Of a stretch of DNA of 64,000 nt, positions 26,761-40,460 are shown in pieces. The stretch's first letter is position 1, and the number at the start of each line of letters is the position of its first letter. A program made the position numbers and the translations under genes. The notes under the pieces are model-generated. The model did not search any database and had not been told where the DNA came from. It saw nothing but the letters and a program-made list of their open reading frames with translations. The stretch is from Octopus sinensis (Eukaryota): the NCBI RefSeq assembly GCF_006345805.1, contig NC_042999.1:71734001-71798000 (forward strand). The letters are read 5' to 3'.

Positions 26761-28265
26761 GTAGCTGTGTACATAATCAATTGTGCTTGTGCGTATATAG
26801 ACGTATGTGTGAACTTTTACGGTACGCATGTGTGTGTGTATGAGTTTGTATATATATGCGTATATATTTGGCGAAAATTGCGAAGAAAAGAAATATACAC
26901 ATTGATGCATTGGGTAATATACTGAAATGCCGTAATAGATTAACACAAAGACAGGTTTGGACGCGCGCAGCTGACTGTATTAGTATGTGTGTGTTTGTGT
27001 CATGTGCATTACTGTGAATGTGTGCAATGTCTATATGTGTGTTAGTATGTGTCTGTTTGTGAACTTGCTCGAATATGTGTGTAGCTGTGTGCATAATCAA
27101 TTATTTTGTTTGCTTGTAGTCGATAATGTCTTTTACATCTATGTGGTTAGAGGTCTGTTTAATTACGCATAAAGCTTCAGCATTACGGATTAAAGGAATT
27201 GAGAAGTTATGCAGTCTTTGAAAATGTATCCGTGAAAATGAAAATGCAAATTTTCATTAGCTAATGCCTTTCCATTATATATATATGTGTCTCTATGCTC
27301 GTGTCCTCATGTATGTGTGCATGGATGTGAACGTCCATATGTGCGTCTATGTGCGCATTTTTGTGTTTACATACACCTAATTTTACAGTAAGACTATATA
27401 CATATTACATATGTAAATACCTCTTTGTACAACACACGTACACGCATAAACACACACGTGCCTGCAGGCACACATACACATATATATGCACTAACACATG
27501 CACTGCACTACACGCACACAAATGTATTTATCTATAGATAATCATGAGTCGATGTATCTGTTCGAGTACTTGCGTTTCGGTGTGTATGTTTGTGTATTTG
27601 TCCGTATTTGAGTATGTGGTTGTGCGTAGGTTTGTTTGCGCATGTCTACTTTTATCACAATCTTTGTATGGAGACAAAAGGAAATAAATCAAAACGACAA
27701 TAAATTAGAATATTGTGTTTCAAATATGCCTTTCGAGTGAAACGGATGCGCTGATTATCAACCCTGAAACGTCTCCATTCTTCTACTCAACTTTTTATCT
27801 ATTCAAATTTTATTGCAACTCTACATGTGCTTCCAAACAACCAAATAATGCAATGTAAAAATATCTTGTTATTTCAGCAACTGCGATATTTGAAATAATT
27901 CTCAAATATACTGCATTGAAAGGCGGCTATTCAACGATAAATGTGAAAAATGTTAAAGATAAAATCAAAATAATCTAATAATATTCACTCATTTTATTCT
28001 ATTTTTTTCCTTCACCGCCTATCATAACAATTGCTATATTCGGCTTTTTGTGTGGAGAGAAATATCAAAATATAATCGACAACAAAACCGATTTATTAAG
28101 ACGCCATTTGTTAAAGACGACACTAATCTTCAATGACGAATTTCCGTTCTTGCTAAGAATAATTCCACTTCTCCTTTACACTTTCCAGATGCTAATTGTA
28201 CAGGCGATACTTCTAACCATTATTTCCTTTTTGTTTTTCAGAACAAGAGATAAATATAACACTAG

Positions 28266-28312
<47 letters not shown>

Positions 28313-28699
28313 TCATTCCTATATTAATATGCTTTTCGGTAAATATGCAGTCTATTTATCTATCTGCCTATATACATATATTCATACATAGATTCATATG
28401 ATTCACTACATCAATACACACACATATTTACATGATTATGGATGCGTGTGTTTACACTACCTGGTTAGATCAACATCTTAAGTGAAACAGATAAAGTGTG
28501 AAGATATAGGAGTGTGTATGTATATTACAGTGCATATGTGTATATACAGAGAAAAAGAAAGACAAGGAAACATCTATGAAACAGGAGAGGCTTTTCATAG
28601 ATATAATATTTATATTCATGGATATTTAGAGGGTGCTAACTGACAAGCATGCAGAAAAGAACATCTCTGACATAAAATATTACCGGAAAATACGTTTAT

Positions 28700-29650
28700 A
28701 TAAAAGGATAGGTGTTTATGCGTGTGTGAAAATTTTGTTTTAGTACTTCCAGTAAATAAGAATATTATGAATGAAGAATTATTGTCTTGTAGACTTTGTA
28801 TAGTGCAGATCGAGCAGATCTGCAAAAATATAAGCTGTCGACTAAGTTTGATCAGCAAAGCTAAAGCTCCAGGTATGCTACAGTGCCGTTTTCTTTTTTC
28901 TGCCTTTATGTCTCTCAGTCTGATGATTCTGCTGATATCACCCAGCAGACCCCCAATAATGGTTAATTCGAACGCATTAACTGCTATTAGAGACGTACAT
29001 TCAAGTAGTGTCTGGAGATAATGAAGTGATTAAGGTTAATGACATTGGATTTGTGTGTGTGTAATTGTAGGTCAAAATGACTGGAAACAGAATTTGTGGG
29101 TCAGCGTTTGAGCAAGTTGAAGGATTGTGGTGGGGGTTTGTGCATCCAGTGACCAGAAATCTGAGTATTGGTGCTTGTTGCAGCTAAATGTTTCCCTCAC
29201 ATGGTCATTCTATCTGTTACGTTTAACACTTTTGTTCCGTCTCTGTGGTGTCTGTGCTGGAATGTAAATTGGACTATTTCTTCTGCGTGTTGTTTTTTAA
29301 TTTGTTATAATATTTTTTTTGTTATTTGGGAGATATAGACAAAATAAAACCGATGCAAACTTGTGATGGATTGAATGTGTTGTATCAACAGTAAATTTCT
29401 TATTTATTTATTTGTGTTGAGAAAATATGTGAGTGCTGACGTACGCTTGCGCGCCGATTTGTTTTGTTTGCCATGTTTTCTACCTCTATATCGAATGATG
29501 TAGAGGCATGGTATGAAATTCGGAGTATTTTATTTTCTCTGTGTATTGTGTTTATATTGTTCAGTGTAGCGGTTGATTGCAAATTAGTATTCTCTTATGT
29601 TGTCTGCAAGACGGATGATAATGGATGAATGAGAAGTAGAACACGCTGGA
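28700..29650 (-). mobile_element. Highly degenerate RTE-like LINE endonuclease region
   Basis: ILRISYHASTSFDIEVENM resembles the AP-endonuclease motif IxxxYAPTS..EVExFY; other motifs are only weakly visible. Confidence 0.4.
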
Positions 29651-30149
29651 ATAGTTTTCCCGTATCTTTCCTTGTGAAACTTACCCTACATTTACTGAAA
29701 ACCCAGTCGCTATTGTAGTGCTAATTGTGAAGTACATCATTTTAAGGAAGAGAAATATTTAAGATAAGTGGTTAATGAAAATTAATAGTCTACAATTCTA
29801 ATATGGTTGGTATGTCTACGTGCTTATTTATTTATCTTATGTACTCTTCTCCAAACTAAATTATTCCAATCAGGGAGTATTACCAACACTTTTTTACTAT
29901 GTGTATTTTTTTAAGCATCAGCCACTGTTAGTTTCCTTGAACTCTATAAGTTAATTGTGTTGTTTACAATTTCAGTGAAATTGCTTTGAGAAAGTATCAC
30001 CCACACCTAAGCGCTACGTGTCTGCTATCATATCTCACAACTTCTTTTTGCAGAAATATGTTTATATGTGAACAGTTCTGATAAAACAAAACACATTCAG
30101 TTATAATCTAAACTAATCATCCCCTTTTAAAATGAAACAGGTTAATATC

Positions 30150-31500
30150 TATTTGAATTCAGATCTTCTAGCTTAAACAGCTCATATGTTGTTCATTTCA
30201 TTAGGGAACAATTCCCAGAGATTTGAATAACTAAAGTCTAATTTTCCCCCCAAGTGGGTGTTGTCATTCTTACCTACAGTACAACACAATTTGTTATGTT
30301 AAGTTGGTGCGCTGTATTTATTTCGGATATAATCAGAGCAGCTCTCTTTAGATTGCCAAGTCTTGTTCAGGTGGTCAGTTTATATTGCTTGTACAGATAG
30401 CTTCCAATAATTCAGACATCACTCAGACACGCAGCTTTGAACAAATTATCTGAGTGAACTCGTGGTACTGATGCTGATATACAATTCTTATTGATTCTAT
30501 TCATCTTATAAAGCCCTTCGTTTTCGTTTTCAGATCTTTGACAAAATTATTCCTCTCCTATTAATAAGGAGCTCTGCTTGCATAAGTATTGTTTTATCTT
30601 ATGCACAATACATGAATTACCACCAAAATTTTGCATAATGTTGCTTCATTGTGGTAGTCTTTTTCGAGAACAGATTGTTTTGGGCAGCTTCTTTAATTCT
30701 TGCTTTGAAATTATTAATTAATTCTGGTGAGGTTGAAGTGTGAATTCTGCAGATTTTTCACAAAATCAAGTCAGTGTATTGTGAGTTATCGTTCCTTTTA
30801 TTCCTCGTGACTGTTATGATATATCTTATCATAAAATGGCGATGCTGATAAATTTCCCTAGCATTGCTGTTCTTCTGAATTGTTTATATTGATATATTTC
30901 ATTACCACTTGTACTGCAGGTGTTCCTTCAGACTGACAGCAGCTGCATACAGACTTGTATTGAAAATCTAGCACGTGTTATCATAGCGTTGGGTGAATAA
31001 CGTTTAAAATTAAAGCGATTGGTTTACACACTACTCACTCAAAAGATGATTTCTCCTCTAAAAATACATTTAAAATTAATCAAATTGCTGATTTAAGAGT
31101 TGTGTATCCTATCAAATCAGTTTCAGACTGAAATATATATTTAGGTGGATAATGGTAGCCATGATACGAAGTTCTTGGTTGATGTGTGTTTAGCGTTCGC
31201 TTCAATAGCAAATTTTGGATGAATATTGTTTTATTAATAATCCACCAACATTGGATTTAGAAGAACAATTCCTATTCGTGGTAGGTTTTTTTTTTGTCTG
31301 TTAAGAAATCTGCTTGTTGTGGAAGCCGTTTATTGCGTTGGTGGGCGGTTAAGTTCGGTTGGATTAATTTATCTGGTTCGTATAACGAATAAACAGATAT
31401 GGGTAGGTGTTTTAATAACACCATAAGTCGTAATCTAAAAGCAAAGATCAAATGAAGTAGTTAGAATTCTTGACGACGCCTTAGAGGGTTCACATGTTTG
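30150..31500 (-). mobile_element. Degenerate PLE (RT thumb/linker to GIY-YIG)
   Basis: Scattered frameshifted motifs KYIFQSETDLIGYTTLKS, CSCCQ, TCSTSGNEIYQY and FKARIKE occur in PLE order. Confidence 0.45.
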
Positions 31501-32710
31501 GTACCATCGTTATATAAGTATATACATGAGTGTATATACTTATATACATAATAGATATCTATATATATAAATATGTGTATTCATAAAACGTATGTGTACG
31601 TGCGTTAGAATTGGAATGTCTGTTTACATGGTGTCCATTAAGAGATACAAATATCTGTGGTGTGGTGAACGGGATAAACAGCAGATTAAACAAACGATTT
31701 AGAAACCTACTTAATTAGTGTCCTCATGGCATCTACAATAATCATTCAAACACTAATGCCCCGTTTGGTTTGGATACAGTGACACGTGACCCATAAATCA
31801 TGTAATGAGAGGTGACTTACAAGCAGCACAGAATAAATAAGTAAAGAAATAAATTGAAGAATGGAATTTTTTGAGTGATACATCTTGTAAACATAATACC
31901 AATTTGCAGAATTATTGTACTCCCAATTATGTGCATGCATATATACAACATACATAATACATACCTACATACATACATACATACATACATACATACATAC
32001 ATACATACATACATACATACATACACACATGCATACATACTTACACACACACATATATATACGTATTTACATACACACACACACACATATATATATATCG
32101 GATATGGCTAAATGTGTGTGCATATACGGTTTGTTTGCATACATACCCATTTGTATATGTTTGTGTATATAATGATATAATCGAAATGTAGGTTAGGTAA
32201 AATATGTTCGTGATATATTTCAACTTCTAAAGGCAAATTGATTGTAGATACTTAAAAAATATATATCTTTCGTGTAGTAAAATGTCTAAAAACACTACAT
32301 CTTCACACTGAGGCCCGCTATCGGATTTCTAGACGCAGTATCTCTGGCTCTTTATCCTTCCTTATTGGGGAATACTGATGCAAAGTAAAGAGCCACAAAC
32401 GTTGCGTCTGAGAATCTGATAGAGGCTAGCACTGGGCAGATATAATGTTTTTACACCTTTTACTATAAGAGAAAATCTTTTTCTCCACTGTAACTGCAGT
32501 GAATTTACCTTTAGAAGCTGAAATGTGCCACAAACATTTCAACTAACCTAAAGCTTGCTTATGCCTACTCACTGCTTGGTGGTGATACTAGTGGGTATAG
32601 CAATATGTATATACTTAACATTACGTACATGTACATAAATATCTACATACATTATTGATAAATGCGTATGTATGCATAAGCCTAAATACTTGCAATCATA
32701 CACCCTGATG

Positions 32711-32775
<65 letters not shown>

Positions 32776-33151
32776 ATATATATATATGTATATGTGTATA
32801 TATATATATAATATATATATATATTTATATTTATATATATATATGTATATATATATACTGGAAAGCGAACTCTCTACGAGTGATATTGATGGCACCGATA
32901 GAGTTGTCATCTTCCTGGAATCACTTCTGAACTTACAGAGTTGATTTATTGAATCTTGTGTTAATGGTAACTCGTTCATTACCGGATGAACTAAACTTCA
33001 GGATGATTTTCCTGGTGATATATTTTCATTGCAAATGGTTTCATTTGAAATGTCCGTAAACATGATATGTGAAAGCACTGTTAGTAACTTGTTATGGTTT
33101 ACTCTACAGATTTTCTATAAAAATGTTTAATATACTTCGTAGTATATTATG

Positions 33152-33697
33152 GTTGCAAAAGTTAATACCGTGTCCCTACAAGGCATTAACATCTTTAGGA
33201 AGTACATTTTGATGTTAATTTCTGATGCCGTTCGTCAGAGTACATTTAACTGAGTTGCGAATTCCATCTGAACTAAGATCAAGTCCAACCAAAACTGTTC
33301 ATAGTATTCCCCAAAATAACCTAAATTTGGACCCTTTCAACTCTGCTGGTTAGAAAAATAACAGACTTGCTGCCTGATGTGGGTAAATCGTCTGCTAATT
33401 GAATTTAGCATTCCATCAGTGAGACGCATTGTTCGTGTTTTATTCAGTCTATCGGACTATTGACCTACTTTCGGTGAGCAAGTCACTTGTTTTTCTAACC
33501 AACAGAGTTAAAAGGGTCAAAATTTAGGTCATTTTTAGGAATACTAACAACACGTGTATGAACAATTTTGGTTGGACTTGTACTTAGTTCAGATGGAATC
33601 CGAGATGCAATTAAATGTACCTAACGATGCGGCATCAGTATTTAACACCAAAATGTACATCAAAATGCGAAATTTGCAGTGTGCACAGACTTGCAAC
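33152..33697. mobile_element. Old foldback/MITE with about 170-bp imperfect inverted arms
   Basis: 33201-33371 is the diverged reverse complement of 33477-33658 (e.g. attccatctgaactaag..caagtccaaccaaaa). Confidence 0.75.
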
Positions 33698-34070
33698 AGA
33701 ACATACGTTGGTATTGACATAAAAGATACGATTAACTGCATAATATAACCTGGATATATAATGCTCTGCTTTCTTAAATATTAATTTATTTCTTCTCTGC
33801 CGACAATATTCAGGCTCTATAGAGACATGGATTTACCGATGTGAGGATCTACTGAGGATTGTAAAATAAACTGAAGTGTATCGAGATTTACTGAGGTTAG
33901 CAAGCATTATTAACTGGCATAAGCGAATACGGTACCCGCTAGGATTGAATATCCCTGTTAACAAAATTTGGAAATTTACTTTTAAATATATAATATATAA
34001 TATATAATATATACATTATATATACATTGCATATTAGACATACATGATATATATATTATATGTACATGGA

Positions 34071-34219
<149 letters not shown>

Positions 34220-34230
34220 ATATATATATA

Positions 34231-34560
34231 TGGCTCAGTGGTTAGAGCGTCGAGCTTACGATCGTGAGGTTGTGAGCTCGAATCCCAGACCGGGCTGCGT
34301 GTTGTGTTCTTGAGCAAAGCACTTTATTTCACGTTGCTCCAGTTCACTCAGCTGTAGAAATGAGTTGCGACGTCACAGGTGCCAAGCTGTATCGACCTTT
34401 GTCTTTCCCTTGGATAACATTGGTGGCGTGGAGAGGGAAGGCTGGTATGCATGGGCGACTGCTGGTCTTCCATAAACAACCTTGCCCGGACTTGTGTCTA
34501 GGAGGGTAACTTTCTAGGTGCAATCCCATGGTCACTCATGACCGAAGGGGGTCTTTACCT
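34231..34560 (+). mobile_element. tRNA-derived SINE, full length
   Basis: tggctcagtggttagagcg...gagctcgaatccc head; 3' end ggagggtaactttctaggtgcaatcccatggtcactcatgaccgaaggggg. Confidence 0.9.
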
Positions 34561-34592
<32 letters not shown>

Positions 34593-34842
34593 ATGAAAAA
34601 TACACATCATGTACAGGAGGGCACCAACCAGTGAAAAAAACGTAAACATAATCACAATGAGGTTATTTAAACCTCCTATAGGCATATTTATCTGAGGACA
34701 ATAAAAATTACATTAGGGTACGTTTGGGATACATAGATTATACAGACATGATTATTATGTGTGTATGTATACGTCTGGGTATATATACGCGTGTGTGTGT
34801 GTGTGTACGCATGCATTAAAATTATTCCTTTTATTTCAATCC

Positions 34843-34871
34843 AATAATCATAATAATAATAATAATAATAA

Positions 34872-34902
<31 letters not shown>

Positions 34903-34981
34903 AAGAAGAAGAACAAGAAGAACAAGAAGAACAAGAAGAACAAGAAGAACAAGAAGAAAAAGAAGAAGGAGAAGGAGAAGG

Positions 34982-35019
<38 letters not shown>

Positions 35020-35075
35020 AAGAAGAAGAAGAAGAAGAAGAAGAAGAAGAAGAAGAAGAAGAAGAAGAAGAAGAA
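34843..35075 (+). repeat. Compound trinucleotide microsatellite (AAT)n(AAG)n(AAC AAG AAG)n(GAG AAG)n(TAG)n(AAG)n
   Basis: Directly visible. Confidence 0.97.
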
Positions 35076-35521
35076 TCGCAAATGATGCGTCACGTGATAT
35101 TCGGGTAAAGAAATATAATGAATAAAATAAAATAAAGGTGAAATAAAATCTATGTTCATGGAACAAAACAAAGCAAAAGTGTGACAAAATTTATATTCAT
35201 GCTTGCACACGCGTGAGTGCATATCTGCCTATGTATATAAGTACACACAAACGCGCACGCGCACGGACACACACATACATACACACACATTTATATATAT
35301 TATATATATATATATAATACATTTCTAAATCTCTCAGAATGATTTATGCAGTAGTGATGCGATAAAGTGTTTTTATTCTGCCAACTTAATGTGACAGTCC
35401 CATGAGGGGAATAATACTACTGCTATTTAGCCCCAGGAAGCAACAACGCTTTCTGTCGGCAACAACGCTTCCTTATATTTACAAGGGGGAGATAAGCACC
35501 TCCACCCAGATAATCTAACAA

Positions 35522-35562
35522 CCGGAGACTAGTTTCTGAGTCTTTGCTCGTTATCAGTCTGG
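35522..35562 (-). ncRNA. Degenerate hammerhead ribozyme motif
   Basis: Reverse complement ccaga-CTGATAA-cgagcaaagactca-GAAAC ta GTC-tccgg. Confidence 0.5.
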
Positions 35563-35999
35563 AGTAGTATGGCTATTTTCTTTATTATAGGCAAAAGCTC
35601 TGATATATAGAAGGGACATACAACGGATATGCGGAGACATGAAGACGGATGAAAATGATAAATGAAATGAACATAAATATGATGCATATGAGACGGGTAC
35701 CTCTCATACAGTCTTTACAATAAGACTTTATGATTAAAGAAACAATTAAACTTTACAATTAACTTAACTCACCGTACCGTCGCAGTCCCCGATTGTTGTC
35801 TTGTCAATAGAAGTTGGATTTGAAGACAAATACGTTATTCTCCAAGATGAATTTTAGCATTGCTATTACGAATTCTTTTATGACGCGATGTGGGAGTTCA
35901 TGGGAGCAATTCTCTAGCAGAATTGAGTTACCTCAATTCCTAGGCTGTGGGGAATATATACCATACATTCATACATACATACATACATACATACATACA

Positions 36000-36051
<52 letters not shown>

Positions 36052-36128
36052 TACATATACATATATATATATACACATATATATATATACACATATGTAT
36101 ACACACACACACAGACACATATATATAT

Positions 36129-36530
36129 AGCCGTAGGAGAGGCTGTGTGGTAAGTAGCTTGCTTACGAACCACATGGTTCCGGGTTCAGTCTCACTACGT
36201 AACACCTTGGGCAAGTGTTTTCTACTTTAGCCTCGGGCCGACCAAAGCCTTGTGAGTGGATTTGGTAGACGGAAACTGAAAGAAGCTCGTCGTATATATG
36301 TATATATGTATATATGTATATGTATCTGTGTATGTATACGTTTGTGTGCCTGTGTTTATCTCCACAGCATCGTTTGACAACAGATGCTGGTGTGTTTACG
36401 TCCCCTAACTTAGCGGTTCAGCAAAAGAGACCGATAGAATAAGTACTAGGCTTACAATTTTTTCGACTAAAGGCGGTGTTCCAGCATGGCAGAAGCCAAA
36501 TGAATGAAACGAATAAAAGAATAAAAGAAT
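36129..36530 (+). mobile_element. Composite tRNA-derived SINE, full length
   Basis: Colinear with 45548-46010. Confidence 0.9.
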
Positions 36531-36817
36531 ATATATATATATTAATAAAAGGAATTCCAACCTTGTCTGATTTTCACGTTTTATTTTCAATCTTATAATG
36601 ATATAATATAATATAATATAATATAATATAATATAATATAATAAAATAATAGAATGTTAAATGTTCATTCTGATTGAACTAGTACTTTCATGCATTAAAT
36701 TCTGCAATCTTCAGGTTCATATATTAGTGCTGACAGTCATGCTTCACAATTATATATATAAAATCCTTAAATCCTTAAAAATATTTTAGCCTGAAGGCCG
36801 CGGCCATGCTGGGGCAC

Positions 36818-36850
<33 letters not shown>

Positions 36851-37123
36851 GTATACATAAATAAATAAGGTATACATTTACACACGTATCCACATGTATA
36901 AACATAGGAACATGAACATACAAATCGCAAAAGTATTAAACATACTTTTGCACCAAAATATAAATGACATATGATCTATAAAACGTTCACCAACATGAAT
37001 GTATAATTGACAACCAATATAATAACATCGGAAGAAAATACCCACGCACACGCACATATATATCTATATATCTATATATAAACACACACAATAAAACAGA
37101 TTAAGAGACATCCATATTGTTTA

Positions 37124-37211
<88 letters not shown>

Positions 37212-37240
37212 GATTATATCATCGACTCCATCAATTCTTA

Positions 37241-37278
37241 GAGATATCTGAAGAAGGAATTTTTATTCCGAATATAAT
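37241..37278 (+). ncRNA. Degenerate hammerhead ribozyme motif
   Basis: gatat-CTGAAGA-a-GGAAT ttttt ATTCC-gaatata-atatc; stems I and II intact, GAAAC mutated. Confidence 0.45.
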
Positions 37279-38019
37279 ATCAGACTACAGATAATTAAAT
37301 TACAACAGTTCTTATAGTCCAATTTTTGTATTATAGTGCATTGTTGTGTCATTCAAAACATATATATATATATTTTATATATATAAGTATTTTCTAGCCA
37401 AAGTATGCGGTAAAATATCAGCTGGTGAGATAGCAGGTGTATAAAAATACGAATTTTCGTAACGGGATCAAAAAATCAACTAATAGACTCGTACGTGAAT
37501 TAAACTGCGGCATTGTAAACGTTTGTGGTATGTTTTAAACTATCCATTCGTTTTTGTTTACTGTATATAAGCGCGGGTGCGTGTGTATGTGTGTATATGC
37601 ACCTGTGTGTATATATACTAAATACGTGTGTGGGCATAAAGAGGGAAGACGAAAAAATGCAAAATGACAGAAAAGATAAATACTCGGACAGATACACATG
37701 TAAATGTTTTAGTATTGTATCATAAATTTTCAATATATAATTTCGACTTTATAATCTATTTACATAACGCCGCTTCATTGTTTTTAATAACAAAGTTTGA
37801 AATATCATTACGAAGATAAATAATATTAAAAATCTCTTTGAACACCTGTCTTCCTCGGCTTAAGAGAATACGATAATCAGATCATGTGATTTATTATATA
37901 CAGAGAAATCTGCTCTGTGAGTGTTTGTATTGGCAGATATGTTTCACATACATAATTTACAATATGTTTAGCAAAAACATAAATTGAACGGGTATACACA
38001 TAACCGTACATATACGTGT

Positions 38020-38041
38020 ATCTATCTATCTATCTATCTAC

Positions 38042-38114
<73 letters not shown>

Positions 38115-38118
38115 AATC

Positions 38119-38176
<58 letters not shown>

Positions 38177-38177
38177 T
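38020..38177. repeat. Inverted tetranucleotide microsatellite (TCTA)n facing (TAGA)n
   Basis: Directly visible. Confidence 0.95.
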
Positions 38178-38476
38178 CTATACATATGATGTAGATATTG
38201 TAAGCGTTTTGACAAGAGATCTAAATATATTGCAGTTTTAAAGCAAGATCTGGAACATGTAATTTCATCTTTTCTTATGCGATGCAAATATAATCTTTGA
38301 GGAAGGAAATCAAAACATCCATGATATTTCAAAGTTAAAAACAGAGTGTAAAAAAGAATCCTCCATCTTCCTTCAATCAAGCAAAGAAAATAGTCTAAGA
38401 AAAATTCTCTCCCAGGGAAACATCTAAAGAGAGCTTTTGATAGCCGTGTGTGTATGTGTGTGTGTATGATATATTT

Positions 38477-38558
<82 letters not shown>

Positions 38559-38851
38559 TAGTTATATATAAAAATGTGTCCGTTTATGTATATGCGTTTA
38601 TTCCTTTAATGAATCTTAAGCTGAAATGGAAACGTAGCTACCGATAAATAAATAATAACGTATACAGAATGTCGGTTAAATATACCCCTTAGACGGAAAT
38701 AGAATCTAAAGTGTATATATACCCGATATATTTTACATGCTTTTATTTACGTAATGACAGCTTCATTTTGTATTTTAGTTCCATAAAACGGAACTTATTT
38801 TCAGGTCTTTCTTTCTCTCTCTCTCTCGCTCGCTGTTTCCCTGTATATTTA

Positions 38852-38932
<81 letters not shown>

Positions 38933-39118
38933 AAATAGGTGTATTCCACCCAGGAAAAAAGATAGGAAAATTTGTTGTAGAAAATTTGAAAGACTTGTAA
39001 TTTTTTTAAAGGATATTTATTTACATATATCAAATTAATTTGAATATTTTTGGTTTATCAATGGTAAAAACCTCAAATTAGGAATTAGAAAATCATGTTT
39101 AGAAGTTTCAATAAAGAC

Positions 39119-39409
39119 AAATATGATTTAATTGTTCATAACATTCAATAAAATAAAAAATGTATATCATCTTGTTTAAATGCAATACATTCAATGACGT
39201 TAGAAGTGATCGATAAGAAATGTGGATAATCAAAGGTTCGGTCATACTGATTCAAGAGTCACTAATATCAAATATGATTTAAATGCTCACAACATTCAAT
39301 AATATAAAAAAATGTGGATCATCTTCTTTAAATGTACAAAATTCAATAGTGTTAGAATTGATGGATAAGAAATGTGGATCACTGAAGTTTCGGTCATACT
39401 GAGTTAAGA
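39119..39409 (+). repeat. Tandem duplication, 151-bp period, 2 diverged units
   Basis: aaatatgatttaa..g.tca.aacattcaataa...gataagaaatgtggat....tcggtcatactga starts at 39119 and again at 39270. Confidence 0.9.
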
Positions 39410-39429
39410 TGAAGAAAAAAATGGGAGAA

Positions 39430-40460
39430 ATGAAGATAGTAAAAAGGTTCGTTTACAGCTTCTGTGTTTCTTTTTCCGCCTTGTGTAGGGATTTTAGCTT
39501 GTAACGGCGTTATTTTGGAATCCGGTGTATTTATAATTTTTTTTCCGTGAACAGATTTGATTTTTGATTCGTTAAAGTACTGGTGACGTCCTCTAGTGGT
39601 CAGGTTTGTCTTTCTGCCTAGTAGGCTTCGCTGTGGTAAAACGGTCATAAATCGTTCCAGTTGGTTGATTCTCTTAAAGGGTCATTTTGTTGTATTTGCA
39701 GAAGTTCGGTTCTGATCGGAGGTAAAATTTCATTAGTCTAGATTTAGGCGACGTCAGCAATTGGTGTTTGTAAATCTACATAGGTCTATAGTTAGGTGAC
39801 GTCATCAACAGGTGTTTGTATGGTGTTATTGTATAGTGATTTGGAGTTGCGTTTGGAAACACGCGTGAAAGACTGTTACCAAAGTTGTTTTTTAAAATTA
39901 TGTCTGTTGTATCTGGTTGTTTTTTGAGGAGAAATTGGGTATTTTTTCCTTTTTCTCTTTAGTAATTTTTCTTCTTTCTAAAGGATATTCAGCTGTAGTT
40001 TATATTTTCTAATGAGTATGTTTTCCTTATGCAAACGGAATTGGGTTGAAGTGTTTCCGGTGCATTGATAGAGAGGGAAGATTTTGTATTTCGGGTTTAT
40101 GTTCTAAGTGTTTTCTTACGGGAATTTCCCTGGTCGTAGGGTCCTCGATTTGTTGCCTGTGTGGGAGAAGGACGTTCTGTAACCTCCACCCACCGATGAC
40201 TTGAAGATTCACCAAGCTCGAGAGATGTTTCTGGCGAACTGACAGGTGAACCTCGATGAGATGACATTATTTTGCATACGAAGCAATCCACGCTTAGCTT
40301 CACTTCCGTTAAATCTTTGTGAGAGCTTGCCGAAAGGTATAACCGCAATCATGTTGAGATCTGTCAAGGCATACTCGAACCTATAACGATGGGCAAGGGT
40401 GGGGTAAATAGTCACAGGCGATGAAACCCGCATCTATCACTTCGAGCCATAATCCAGAAT
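39430..40460 (-). mobile_element. PLE 3' fragment: Cys linker, GIY-YIG and 3' UTR
   Basis: Frameshifted RVCLDRSQHDCGY, FTCQFARN, HRQQIEDPTTREIPVRKHL and PKYKIFPLYQCTGNTSTQFRLHKENILIRKYKLQLN. Confidence 0.78.

Noticed and set aside
28189-28268. Signal-peptide-like MLIVQAILLTIISFLFFR and a CTAAC-polypyrimidine-CAG acceptor at 28241
   Set aside because: The hydrophobicity comes from the T-rich tract, and the only donor is inside (TG)n. It could be a UTR exon but is unsupported.
32860-33110. Unique-looking segment with short ORFs on both strands
   Set aside because: Stops in all frames and no recognisable domain.
34231-34305. tRNA-like sequences (also 53838, 19800, 36129, 45548 and 9170-9244)
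   Set aside because: They are SINE heads: they continue into shared SINE bodies and lack a complete cloverleaf and Pol III terminator.
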